Shown here: positions 8,272-17,954 of the stretch, one piece after another
Layout: each line of letters starts with the position of its first letter
Position numbering within the stretch: the stretch's first letter is position 1
NCBI GenBank assembly: GCA_022825385.1
Contig: JAJDWX010000042.1
Span: forward strand, 31,406-95,405
DNA from: Rhodothermales bacterium
Lineage (GTDB): Bacteria > Bacteroidota > Rhodothermia > Rhodothermales > VXPQ01
Reading direction: 5' to 3'
Length of the DNA: 64,000 bases
Translations under genes and position numbers: made by a program
The notes under the pieces: generated by a model
What the model was told of the DNA's origin: nothing
The model's database searches: none
The model's input: the letters and a program-made list of their open reading frames with translations, nothing else

Positions 8272-9412
8272 GGACGGCCAGATACTGTTCATAGACGAAT
8301 AGCCGGCCCCGCTGTTTCCCGGTGATTTCCCGCGCAATTCCGTACGTGGCGAGTAGTTCCATGGCCGAGGCGGCGGTCCGAAAAGCCAATCCGGTCTGTT
8401 CGCTGGCGGCAGGCAGCGACAGAATCGGGTACGCCTTCAATGCTTCGTGCAGGCGGAGCGCAGAGCCCGTTTTGCGCCCGGCCATTTGTTCGATGCGTTC
8501 CCGGTCCTTTCGGAACATGTCGGAAAGGCGCTCGGCGGCGAGTACCGCATTTTCGGCGGTCGTCCTGACGCCTTCAAGAAAAAAAGCGAGCCATGCTTCC
8601 CAGTCGCCAGTGTGGCGTATCTGATTCAGCAGGTCGTAGTAGGTCTGGCGATGCTGCTTGAAATACAGGCTCAGGTACAGAAGCGGTTCGCGCAACGCGC
8701 CGTAGTGGCAGAGCAGCAATGTGATGAGCAGCCGCCCCACGCGCCCGTTCCCGTCCAGGAAAGGATGAATGGTTTCGAATTGCACATGCGCAAGGCCTGC
8801 CCGAATCAGGATCGGGAGTCCGTCCGCCGCATTGTGCAGAAAACGCTCCAGCGCACTCATGCAGTCCGGCACGGCCGTATGCGGCGGCGGGACGAAAACG
8901 GCATTGCCGGGACGCGTGCCCCCGATCCAGTTTTGGGAGCGCCGGAACGCGCCGGGCGTCTGGTTGCTGCCCGGCCCGCGTCGCATGAGTACATGGTGTA
9001 CTTCGCGGATCAGGCGATTCGACAAGGGAAAATCTTCTCGCAGGCGAACCAATCCGTGCTCCAGGGCGGCTACATGGTTCGATACTTCGACCACATCGTC
9101 GAACGGAACCCCCGGCGCCTCGTTCATTTCGAAAAGCAGCAAGTCCGACAAGGACGATTGCGTACCCTCTATTCTGGACGAGAGCACGGCCTCTTTGCGT
9201 ACGCAGTGATTCCGGAAAAGCGTTTTATCTGGCAGCAGCGTCGCCATGCTGTCAAGGCGTCCGAGGGCCAGGCTTGCCGCTTCCAGCGCCTGTTGCAACG
9301 AACCGTCCAGCGCAAGCGGCGGGTTGGGAGGCAGCGAATTCGGTATGAAAGACCGGACCCGCTCGCCGCCCGCGGTCGTAACCTCGTATGTGCCTATCGT
9401 TGCGCGTTGCAT
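8255..9412 (-). CDS. Fic family protein (AMPylase) with C-terminal HTH
   Basis: Canonical HPFLDGNGRVGR motif; N-terminal inhibitory motif SSRIEG. Confidence 0.92.
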   Translation of the reverse strand: MQRATIGTYEVTTAGGERVRSFIPNSLPPNPPLALDGSLQQALEAASLALGRLDSMATLLPDKTLFRNHCVRKEAVLSSRIEGTQSSLSDLLLFEMNEAPGVPFDDVVEVSNHVAALEHGLVRLREDFPLSNRLIREVHHVLMRRGPGSNQTPGAFRRSQNWIGGTRPGNAVFVPPPHTAVPDCMSALERFLHNAADGLPILIRAGLAHVQFETIHPFLDGNGRVGRLLITLLLCHYGALREPLLYLSLYFKQHRQTYYDLLNQIRHTGDWEAWLAFFLEGVRTTAENAVLAAERLSDMFRKDRERIEQMAGRKTGSALRLHEALKAYPILSLPAASEQTGLAFRTAASAMELLATYGIAREITGKQRGRLFVYEQYLAVLNEGE

Positions 9413-9490
9413 GACGCTGGATATTTATGTGCAATATGCAAATAAAGGAATTTTTTATTTTATTTTTAATTCCAAATTAAAATAATTCTG

Positions 9491-9680
9491 TCCATATGTA
9501 CGCCAGCCTTTAACATGGAGTCTGCCGCGCCCCATATGCAAGGCAGCCTTTAACATGGAACCCATCGCGCCCCATATGCAAGGCAGCCTTTAATATGGAG
9601 TCCGCCGCGTTCCATACGCAAGGCTGCCTTTAACATGGAACCCATCGCGCCCCATACGCAAGGCAGCCTTTAATACAGCG
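9491..9680. repeat. Tandem array of about 4.75 x 40-bp units, each containing a 27-bp imperfect palindrome
   Basis: Units start at 9491, 9531, 9571, 9611 and 9651; consensus cccatatgcaaggcagcctttaacatgga-(gtc[tc]gccgcg[ct] or acccatcgcgc); linkers alternate A-B-A-B. Confidence 0.92.
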
Positions 9681-9813
9681 CTCCGCCGAATGCCGCCGCC
9701 CCTTGCGCATTATCTTGTCGCTTGCGTACCTTGACTGTCAGGCTCCCGGGCGCGCTGTTCGGGAGATTCGTTTTTCAACCCCTGTCCTTTTTCACAACCC
9801 TGCCTCGTCCGCC

Positions 9814-10527
9814 ATGCGCCGATCCCGTTTCATTCCGCTATGCGCCTGCGCCGCGCTCCTTTTGGCCGTTTCCTTTCCCGCCCAGGCCCAGGAAGACCTG
9901 GTTCGCCCGGAGGGGTGGCAGGTCCGGTTCGATAATCCCGAAGCGTCCGAGGACGATCTGGAGATGTTCGTGGCGATGCCGCCCGGATGGCATGTGACCT
10001 CCGGCCCGGCGGCGATCTACTGGGGCCCGGATATGGAAGCCTCCGGCGAGTACCGGATGGAAATGGAAGTGTACCTGTTCGACCCGGCGGGCCGCCGCGA
10101 AGCGTTTGGCCTGTTTGTCGGCGGGCAGGACCTGACGGGAGACGCTATCGAGTACACGTATTTCCTGCTGCGCGACGGAGGAGAATTCATTGTCAAACGC
10201 CGCGAAGGGGCCGAAGCGCCCACCATTCACCCCTGGACGGGGCACGAGGCAATTCTTGGCTGGGCCGATCGCGAAGAGGAAGCGTCCTCCGTGAAGAATG
10301 TCCTTGCGCTCGAAGCCGGCGCCGAAACGGTGCGGTTTTTCGTGAACGCCGCGGAAGTGGCTGCCCTGCCTCGGGCCGATCTTGGCGTAGAGGGCGTGTT
10401 CGGCATGCGCGTAAACCATGCCCTCAATCTCCATGTATCCAGGCTGGAGATCGTGGCGCCGGGCGGAGAGGAAGCCGAAATGGAAGAAGCAGCAATGGAA
10501 GAAGACGAGGCCGAAGCGGACGATTAG
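9814..10527 (+). CDS. Secreted hypothetical protein (beta-sandwich, concanavalin/DUF1080-like) with acidic tail
   Basis: Signal peptide MRRSRFIPLCACAALLLAVSFPAQAQ; beta-rich core; C-terminal EEAEMEEAAMEEDEAEADD. Confidence 0.7.
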   Translation: MRRSRFIPLCACAALLLAVSFPAQAQEDLVRPEGWQVRFDNPEASEDDLEMFVAMPPGWHVTSGPAAIYWGPDMEASGEYRMEMEVYLFDPAGRREAFGLFVGGQDLTGDAIEYTYFLLRDGGEFIVKRREGAEAPTIHPWTGHEAILGWADREEEASSVKNVLALEAGAETVRFFVNAAEVAALPRADLGVEGVFGMRVNHALNLHVSRLEIVAPGGEEAEMEEAAMEEDEAEADD

Positions 10528-11849
10528 CACGCCGGGCCTGCCCCTTCGCGCTCAATATCCAGAAGAAACCGCCATGCCGGGACGATGTCGATGGTTCCGG
10601 CCTCCACCGGGATGCGTTCCTGCTCCCTGCGGGTTACGATCACGCCGCGGGGCACGTCCAGCGAGGTCATTGCTTCGGCAAGCGCTCTGATTTCGCGTTG
10701 GCGGGTCTGCGGGTGCGCCATGGATTCGCAGACCTGCGCCAGCAGCAGAGACGGATGCGGAATCCGGGCGACAAAATCCACTTCTCGCCCGTTGCGGGTT
10801 CGGACATAGAAGATATTCGGCGTGATTCTGCGCAACGCCAGGAAGACCAGGTTTTCCAGCAAATGCCCTGCGTTCCGCAGTATGCCCGGCCCAACGGACG
10901 TGGCGAGCGCGTGATCGATCACATAGATTTTCTTCGGATTGGCGTGCGCCCGCGTACGGGAGGCGTCGAAAATGCGCACCGTGAAAAAGGCATAGGCGTC
11001 CTCGAACCATTCGAGATAGTCGGAAACCGCGTCTTTCGGCGCTTTGTGCCCAAGCGATTTCAGGTACCCGGTAAGTTTGTTGATGGAATATTTCGAACCG
11101 ACGTTGTCCAGCAGTCGATGCGCCAGGTCGGAGACCGCCCTCGGATACGGTATATTGTGTCGCTCGATCAGGTCGCGAAACAGCATGGCGTTAAAATATT
11201 CCTGGTGCGTCCTGATTCGCAGGTTCCGGTCGAGCCCGGCCACTTCCGGGAATCCCCCCGTTTCCATGTACTCCTCGAAAGCCTTTTGTATCAGAAGGCG
11301 TTGTCGGCTGGAGCGCGGGGCGTCGGCGTCGAGTCCCTTGTAATCGAGAAACTCCCGGAACGAGAAAGGAAACAGTTCATGCGATAAAGCCCGCCCCCGC
11401 ATCTGCGTAGCGATTTCCCGGGACAGCATCCGGGCAGACGACCCAGTGATGTACACTTCGCATTTCTCCGTGCGCATCAGGCGGTCAACGAAGGGCTCCC
11501 AGTCGGGAACAGTCTGTATCTCGTCGAAGAAGCAGTAAACCGTTTCCGTGTTTTTCTTTTCCGGATAGAGCGAGAAATAGGCTTCCGGGATGACGCCCAG
11601 CCCGTCTTGCCGAAGGCCGCGAAGGCGGTCGTCGAAGAAATTCAGGAAAAGGATATTTTGTCGCGGCACGCCGCGTTCGAGCAGGCGCCGGACGATTTGG
11701 AACAGGAGCGTCGATTTTCCGCTGCGCCGTACGCCCATGCATACGGTGGCCTTGCCGGGCACGGGTTTTATGTCGATGCGCCGGGGGACTCCGGCATCGT
11801 ATTCGGCTTCCTGGCCATTGAGGATGATCTCCTTCAGCGTATCGAACAT
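10524..11849 (-). CDS. AAA_14 ATPase with DUF4143 domain
   Basis: Walker A GVRRSGKS, FFDEIQ, ITGSS, GGFPE, KKIYVIDHAL, LLENLVF, REVDFV. Confidence 0.9.
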   Translation of the reverse strand: MFDTLKEIILNGQEAEYDAGVPRRIDIKPVPGKATVCMGVRRSGKSTLLFQIVRRLLERGVPRQNILFLNFFDDRLRGLRQDGLGVIPEAYFSLYPEKKNTETVYCFFDEIQTVPDWEPFVDRLMRTEKCEVYITGSSARMLSREIATQMRGRALSHELFPFSFREFLDYKGLDADAPRSSRQRLLIQKAFEEYMETGGFPEVAGLDRNLRIRTHQEYFNAMLFRDLIERHNIPYPRAVSDLAHRLLDNVGSKYSINKLTGYLKSLGHKAPKDAVSDYLEWFEDAYAFFTVRIFDASRTRAHANPKKIYVIDHALATSVGPGILRNAGHLLENLVFLALRRITPNIFYVRTRNGREVDFVARIPHPSLLLAQVCESMAHPQTRQREIRALAEAMTSLDVPRGVIVTRREQERIPVEAGTIDIVPAWRFLLDIEREGAGPAC

Positions 11850-12073
11850 GAGGGCATGAGATTATAATCAGTATTTTTTGTTTCCACTTAAAATAATAAT
11901 TGGCAATATTTGTTTCCGATTTTTCTATAAATCAGAAATTTTTATAACTTATTCGTGATTTTCGGCGATTATGGCCGCGTCGTGCCGGGTCCGCCCAGAC
12001 TGCGCCAAGCAAGGGGCGTTTCCCGGCGCAAGGGGTTCCGTCCGGGGGCCTTTGCAAGGGATGGCGGACGGCG

Positions 12074-13285
12074 CTATTCTTCTGTCCACGCCTGCACCGG
12101 CATGGACAAAAAGGTTTCCACCGGGACGCCGTCTCCGCCCACGAGCAGTTTGCGGGCGGGGCCAAAGGTTCGTTCGAAGGCCGCCAGTCCCGGCAGCCCT
12201 TGCCGCGCCGCGCCGCTCTTCACTTCGATTGCGATCAGATTCCGCTTGGTCTGCACGACGAAATCCACTTCGCGGTTGCGTTCGCGCCAGTAGTAGAGCG
12301 CAATATCCCCGGTCATGGCGGCGTTGACCAGGTGGGCGCCTACCGCAGATTCCACCAGGCGCCCCCAGGATGCGCGATCCGTCCGCATTTCGTCCAGCGT
12401 ACGTTCGGATTGCGCGCCGATCAATGCGGTATTGAAGACTTGCAATTTTGGGCTGGACGCTCTTCGCCGGACTGCGCCGCCGGCGTACTTTTGCAAGCCC
12501 GCGAGCATGCCTGCCCCGGCCAACAAGTCAAGGTAATGGGCCAGGGTCGTCGTGTTGCCCGCGTCCTGGAGTTGCCCCGTCATTTTGGCGTACGATAATA
12601 TTTGTCCCGAATACGCGCACCCCAGTTCGAACAGCCTGCGCAGCAATGCGGGCTTGTCTATCCGGGACATCAGGAGCATGTCGCGCGAAATGGTTGTTTC
12701 GATAAGCGCGTCCAGAATGTAGCGCGCCCAGCGTTTCGGCTCTTTCGCCAGCGGCGCGGCGCCAGGATAGGCTCCGTAGAAAATATATTCGTCCAGCGTC
12801 CAGCCGAATGTCGCCTGCATTTCAGGGAAACTCCAATGCGGCAGCCGCAGGACCTCGAATCGGCCCGCCAGGCTTTCTGTCAATCCTCGCTGGATCAGCA
12901 AGGGAGCCGAACCGAGCAGCATGACCCTCAGCGGGCATCCGCGCCGGGCATCCTCGTCCCATAGCCGCTTGACGACTTCGGACCAGTTGGTCGCCTTCTG
13001 GATTTCGTCCAGCACAAGCAGGGCGCCCCGGCCATCGGTTTCCCGGGCCAGCAGGCGCGCCGTTTCCCATTGGGCCTCGACCCATGCCACGTCGCGGAGG
13101 GTGGGTTCGTCGGCGCTGGCGAAATGGTGCGGCAGTCCGCATTCGTCGGCTACATGCAACGCCAGCGTGGTTTTGCCCACTTGCCGCGGTCCGGCCACGA
13201 TGTGCATGAACCGCCGTGGTTCCTGCAAGCGGTTCAGCAATTCGGCGGCCTGGGGGCGAATATGCCTTGCGGGGAGGTCGCGCAC
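12074..13285 (-). CDS. AAA_14 ATPase with DUF4143 domain (second, divergent paralogue)
   Basis: GPRQVGKT, VLDEIQ, LLGSA, ESLAGRF, GAYPG, VESAVG, REVDFV..IEVKSG. Confidence 0.9.
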   Translation of the reverse strand: MRDLPARHIRPQAAELLNRLQEPRRFMHIVAGPRQVGKTTLALHVADECGLPHHFASADEPTLRDVAWVEAQWETARLLARETDGRGALLVLDEIQKATNWSEVVKRLWDEDARRGCPLRVMLLGSAPLLIQRGLTESLAGRFEVLRLPHWSFPEMQATFGWTLDEYIFYGAYPGAAPLAKEPKRWARYILDALIETTISRDMLLMSRIDKPALLRRLFELGCAYSGQILSYAKMTGQLQDAGNTTTLAHYLDLLAGAGMLAGLQKYAGGAVRRRASSPKLQVFNTALIGAQSERTLDEMRTDRASWGRLVESAVGAHLVNAAMTGDIALYYWRERNREVDFVVQTKRNLIAIEVKSGAARQGLPGLAAFERTFGPARKLLVGGDGVPVETFLSMPVQAWTEE

Positions 13286-13320
13286 TGCGTCTTGGTCGTT
13301 TTGCGGCGGGATATTTACGA

Positions 13321-13362
13321 TTTACTCAATATAATGAGTAAAAATACTCAATACACTGAGTA
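13321..13362. promoter_or_regulatory. Two tandem palindromic operator-like sites upstream of the second DUF4143 ATPase
   Basis: tttactca-atataa-tgagtaaa (13321-13342) and tactca-atacac-tgagta (13345-13362), spaced 22 bp apart. Confidence 0.65.
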
Positions 13363-13539
13363 AAATGCAAATCAGGAATCCTGCATCAATTTTTTGCAAG
13401 TCCGCGCGCCCACTCCGAATCGCTTGTTCTGGCGCCGTCCGGGCCGTCTATTATCTTTGGCAAGCCTGATGGCGACATCGCCGGCGCTCCGGCGCAGCGC
13501 GGCGCGGCGGAACCGCGTCCTGTTTTGCGCAGGCGCGCC

Positions 13540-15690
13540 TTATTCGCCGCCGTCCGCATTGCCCGCCGCCTCGTCCGGCAGCGCAAACGCGACCAGCATG
13601 CCCCCGACAGGCCGGTTCGACTTGCCGCCGCCCGCCGAAATCGTCACATACTGCTTGCCGTCCGCCATGTACGTGCTGGGCGTGGCGTTTCCCCCGAAGG
13701 GCAGGTCGGCTTCCCAGAGCGTCTCGCCCGTTTCCTTGTCGAAGGCCCGGAATTTCTCGTCGGCGGTCGCGCCGATAAACAACACGCCGCCCGCCGTTAC
13801 GACCGGCCCGCCGTAGTTTTCCGTCCCGGTTTGCGGGATGCCGCGCGCCGTCAATTCCTCGTATTCGCCGAGCGGCACGGTCCATTTGATATCGCCCGTG
13901 TTCAGGTCCACGGCGTTCAGGGTGCCCCAGGGCGGTTTGATGGCCGGATAGCCTTCCTGGTCCAGCCAGCGCTCGAATCCCCGGAAGGCGTAGGGCGGCG
14001 TCGAGGCGTCCAGGGCGTCTTCCGACGGTTCCCCGGCGGTTTCTACGCCGAAGAGATGGTCCAGAATAGCGTTCAGCGCCTCGTCGGACATTTGGTCGAA
14101 GGGGGGCATGCGCGCGCCGCCCTGCTTGAGCAGCGCGATGGCCCCGTCCCGGCTATACCGTTCGCCAAGGTTCGCGAGGGTTGGAAAGCCCCCTGCCGGA
14201 TCGCCGGTTCCGTCCAGGCCATGACACGACGCGCAGAACGCCCGGTAGTACCTGTCTCCCCGGGGCAGCGGGCTGCCGTCTTCTCGCCGCGTCGGGATGA
14301 GTTGGTAGAACCACGGAATCTCGTTCACATTCACGTACAGGATGCCGTCCGGGTCGGCAGCGGACCCGCCCCATTCCATGCCGCCGTCGTATCCCGGAAA
14401 CTTGATTTTCTGTTCCAGGCTTGGCGGCGGAAACGATCCGTACGTCCCGGATTGCGTGATCAGGTCGGTGGCGAGTTGGCGGGCTTCCGGGGATATGTTC
14501 GATACGTCGTCCAGGGTATACTCCTGCCGCATGAGCGGCGCCGGGCGCGTAGGGAAGGGCTGCGTGGGCCAGGCCTCCATATCCGGCAATTCCGATACGG
14601 GGGCCGGACGCTCCTCGATGGGCCAGAGCGGTTCGCCCGTCTCCCGGTCGAAAACGTACAGCAGCCCCATCTTCGTGCCCTGTGCGACGATGTCCACCCA
14701 TTCTCCGTCGCGCCGGACCGTCAGCAGCGTGGCGGGGGTCGGGTTGTCCATGTCCCACAGGTCGTGATGGACGAACTGGAAATGCCACAGCCGTTCGCCG
14801 TTGCGCGCGTCCAGCGCGATAAGGGAGTTGGCGAACAGGTTTTCGCCGTACCGGTCGCCGCCGTAGAAGTCGGGGCCTGCGGTTTCCGTGGAGGAATAGA
14901 CGATGCCGCGTTCCGTATCTATGGCAATGCCGGACCAGTCCGAGGCGCCGCCGGTGCGTTCCAGATACCCCTCTGGCCACGTTTCCGACCCGAATTCCCC
15001 CGGACGGGGCAGGGTATGGAATATCCAGACGCGTTCGCCGGTGCGGGCGTCGAGCGCAATGACTGCGCCGGGCACGTTTTCCGCTACCCGCACGCCGAAG
15101 ATCACCCTGTCTTCGTAGACGTAGCCGGGCGTGTTCATGCCTGCATTCGGGCGGCCTTCCCAGTCGATGCGGTCGCCTATATGCAGCCAGCCTCCTTCGC
15201 CGAACGAGGGGATCGGCTCCCCGGTTTCTGCGTCGATCGCATACATCCAGGGGCCTTTCGACGTGAAGAGGCGCCGGTCTTCGCCGTCTTCCCAGTACAT
15301 CACGCCCCGCTGCCGTCCGCCGCCCCGATGTTTGTCGCCGTCGAAAGGATTGGTTTCGTCGGGGTCGAAGGTCCAGATATGTTCGCCCGTGGCGGCGTCG
15401 AGCGCCGTTACCTTGCGGGTCGGGGTGGCTGTGTACAGCACGCCGTCCACGATCAGGTTATTGGCCTGATACTCTTCCGCGTCTCCGGTATCGTAGGTCC
15501 ACGCTATTTCCAGCTGGTGGACATTTTCCGTATTGATCTGATCCAGCAGGGAATACTGGTTGCTGCCGGGATGGCCGAGGTAATTCGCCCAGTCCGCTCC
15601 GGCTCCGACGGGCGCGGGGCTTTCCGAACAGGCGGACAGGGCGGCGGCAAGCGCCATCGCAACAAGCGAGCGAGCGAAAATGCGGGTCAT
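13540..15690 (-). CDS. PQQ-dependent (quinoprotein glucose-type) dehydrogenase with inserted cytochrome c domain, lipoprotein
   Basis: Lipobox LSAC; PQQ beta-propeller motifs (WHFQFVHHDLWDMD, GGMEWGG, KPPWGTLNAVDL, TGTENYGGP); heme motif CASCH. Confidence 0.88.
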   Translation of the reverse strand: MTRIFARSLVAMALAAALSACSESPAPVGAGADWANYLGHPGSNQYSLLDQINTENVHQLEIAWTYDTGDAEEYQANNLIVDGVLYTATPTRKVTALDAATGEHIWTFDPDETNPFDGDKHRGGGRQRGVMYWEDGEDRRLFTSKGPWMYAIDAETGEPIPSFGEGGWLHIGDRIDWEGRPNAGMNTPGYVYEDRVIFGVRVAENVPGAVIALDARTGERVWIFHTLPRPGEFGSETWPEGYLERTGGASDWSGIAIDTERGIVYSSTETAGPDFYGGDRYGENLFANSLIALDARNGERLWHFQFVHHDLWDMDNPTPATLLTVRRDGEWVDIVAQGTKMGLLYVFDRETGEPLWPIEERPAPVSELPDMEAWPTQPFPTRPAPLMRQEYTLDDVSNISPEARQLATDLITQSGTYGSFPPPSLEQKIKFPGYDGGMEWGGSAADPDGILYVNVNEIPWFYQLIPTRREDGSPLPRGDRYYRAFCASCHGLDGTGDPAGGFPTLANLGERYSRDGAIALLKQGGARMPPFDQMSDEALNAILDHLFGVETAGEPSEDALDASTPPYAFRGFERWLDQEGYPAIKPPWGTLNAVDLNTGDIKWTVPLGEYEELTARGIPQTGTENYGGPVVTAGGVLFIGATADEKFRAFDKETGETLWEADLPFGGNATPSTYMADGKQYVTISAGGGKSNRPVGGMLVAFALPDEAAGNADGGE

Positions 15691-15757
15691 AGCGTCAAGG
15701 CGTCAAGGCGCCGCCGGGGGATCGGCGGCTGTTGCAGGGGGCTGTTCCATCGCCGGA

Positions 15758-16894
15758 TCACGAATCCGGGAACAGGGCAGGGTCCAGGCCGGGAATGATT
15801 TCGAGGGCGTTTTTATAGTAGATTTTCCGCAACGTCTCGTCCGGCAGGTCCATGCCGTACATGCTCCAGAAGGCGTGTCGCTTGCGGTAATAGGGAAAAT
15901 ATTCGTTCGCCGTTTCGAAGATGCGGAAGTAGACATGGTATTCGGACGGTTCCCACGAATCCTTGCCCATGAGTACGCGGTCCTGGTATTTCGTCAGGAA
16001 GGCTTTCGCGGCGCGCGGCTGACGGCCCAGTTCGGCGACGACTGCGCCGAGTTCGGTGTACATGTTGGGCATTTTGTCCAGCAGGCTGCCCAACCGCCCA
16101 AGGTCGTTTCCCAGCCAGCCGAGGTGCGCGCTGAGGAAAATCGTGTTTTCGTGCCGGGCGATCAGGTTCCAGTGTTCGGCCATGAGGGTTTCCCAGGACG
16201 GAACCGGATCGCGTTTGCGGCGCGGCCGCTCCTTGAGTTCGAACCAGCGCTCGTTGAACCGGTCCTGCGGCTCCCAGAAGGAGGCCGGGTCCGCCGTATG
16301 GATGAGCACCGGAATGCCCAGTTCGCCCGCTTTTTGCCAGATGGCGTCGAGTTTCGGGTCGTCGGTATGGACTCGTTCCCCATTTTCGTAGAAGATGTCC
16401 ATGCCGAAGTTTTTGTAAATCTTCAGTCCTTTGGCGCCGTGCCGCACGTCTGCTTCCAGTTGCGCCGCCGCTTTTTCCCCGAAATCCGGGTCGTCCACGG
16501 GGCCAAAGTCGATGTTTGCGTAATGCACGAAGCGCCCCGGGGCATGCCGCTCCGTGTTGGCGACTTTTCGCTGGAGGTCTTCGCCGCTGCCCCCGCTCAG
16601 GTTTACCATGACGGCCATGTTCAAGGCGTCCATCTCCGCCACGATGGCGGCGATATCCTCGGCGGACGCGTCGCCGATGCGCCATTGGTGCGCATGGGCG
16701 TCCACGAACGGAAATTTCGCGCGGGTCACTTCGCGCCCCTCGACGACCAGCGTGGAGCGGGGCGCGTAGTCTTCCCATTGCATCTCCTGGGACTGGGCGG
16801 AGGGAACGGGCGCGGCAACCGCCAGCGCGACGAAGGCGGACGCTGCGGCGAGCAAGCGAAGGGGCGAGCGGAGCGAGGCGTTTCGGAGCGTCAT
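15758..16894 (-). CDS. Amidohydrolase family protein (Amidohydro_2), secreted
   Basis: Signal peptide; DAHAH metal motif, GLKIYK, PVLIHTADP, DRVLMGKD. Confidence 0.85.
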   Translation of the reverse strand: MTLRNASLRSPLRLLAAASAFVALAVAAPVPSAQSQEMQWEDYAPRSTLVVEGREVTRAKFPFVDAHAHQWRIGDASAEDIAAIVAEMDALNMAVMVNLSGGSGEDLQRKVANTERHAPGRFVHYANIDFGPVDDPDFGEKAAAQLEADVRHGAKGLKIYKNFGMDIFYENGERVHTDDPKLDAIWQKAGELGIPVLIHTADPASFWEPQDRFNERWFELKERPRRKRDPVPSWETLMAEHWNLIARHENTIFLSAHLGWLGNDLGRLGSLLDKMPNMYTELGAVVAELGRQPRAAKAFLTKYQDRVLMGKDSWEPSEYHVYFRIFETANEYFPYYRKRHAFWSMYGMDLPDETLRKIYYKNALEIIPGLDPALFPDS

Positions 16895-17087
16895 GGCGGG
16901 GTCGAAAAGGAACGATGGCGGAAGGGCACTGTCTGGAAAATAACGGAATGCATCCTAAAAAGGAAAAAAGAAGACGCCGCCGCGCGTATTATTAGGCATT
17001 ATATAGTATATATTTATCCCCGAGCCTGTAGCCATCTTGCGCCGAGAACCTCATGCAGCGTTTGACCCTCGCAGCGCCGCCCTGCGC

Positions 17088-17876
17088 ATGAACGCCTTGT
17101 CCCAGCGTCGCCTGAAGCAAATCCGCTCGCTGGCGCACAGAAAATATCGCGACCGGTACGGAGAGACCATCGTCGAAGGCGCCCGCGCCGTGGAAGCGGC
17201 CCTCGCCGCCGGGGCCGAATTGCGCGCGCTGCTTGTGGCCGAATCGGCGCAGGAGCGGTTTGCCCAGCGGTTTGCTGTTCCGCCGGATCGGACGTATGTC
17301 GTGTCCGATCAGGCATTGCGCGCCCTATCCGCGCTGGAAACCAGTCCGGGCGTACTGGGCGTTGCGGGGATTCGCAGGCAAACGGCGGGCGCGCTCGCTT
17401 CCATGCAGCGGATCGTATTGCTCGACGGCGTAAGCGATCCGGGGAATGCAGGGACCATTATTCGGACGGCGGCCTGGTTCGGCGTAGAGGCCGTGGTCGC
17501 CGCGCCGGGGTCCGCGGACGCCTATCATCCGAAGGCGGTGCGCGCGTCCATGGGAGGCGTATGGGACGTCGCGCACGTCGAAGCGCCCGATCCGGCCGGG
17601 CTGCTTGCGGAGTTGGCGGCCTGCGGATTTACCCTGTACGGAGCAGACCTGCAAGGCGCTCCCGTGGACGCCTGGACGCCCGCGCTGCCGTCCGTCCTCG
17701 CGCTGGGCAGCGAGGCGCACGGGATTTCCCCGGCTGTTCGGGAGCGCATTACCGAGCGGGTGCTTATTCCGGGCCAGCCCCGCCAGGCCGAAAAACCGGG
17801 ATCGCGCGGGGTCGAGTCGCTGAACGCCGCCGTGGCCGCGGGCATTTTGCTGCATGCCTGGGCGCGGATAACCTGA
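17088..17876 (+). CDS. SpoU/TrmH family RNA methyltransferase
   Basis: LDGVSDPGNAGTIIRTA, LGSEAHGIS, ESLNAAVA. Confidence 0.9.
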   Translation: MNALSQRRLKQIRSLAHRKYRDRYGETIVEGARAVEAALAAGAELRALLVAESAQERFAQRFAVPPDRTYVVSDQALRALSALETSPGVLGVAGIRRQTAGALASMQRIVLLDGVSDPGNAGTIIRTAAWFGVEAVVAAPGSADAYHPKAVRASMGGVWDVAHVEAPDPAGLLAELAACGFTLYGADLQGAPVDAWTPALPSVLALGSEAHGISPAVRERITERVLIPGQPRQAEKPGSRGVESLNAAVAAGILLHAWARIT

Positions 17877-17954
17877 AGCGGTTTTCATCAGAAAATCCTA
17901 TATTGCAGGGCTGAGCGAATTCTCCAAACCATACGAACCGAGGAAACAAGGAAT

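Noticed and set aside
9491-9680. Possible CRISPR array
   Set aside because: Inter-palindrome segments are only ~13 bp and recur (A-B-A-B) rather than being unique spacers; no cas genes in the window.
13525-17065. Long + strand ORFs (13525-15798, 15680-17065)
   Set aside because: Antisense shadows of the PQQ dehydrogenase and amidohydrolase, expected in high-GC DNA; no recognisable motifs.
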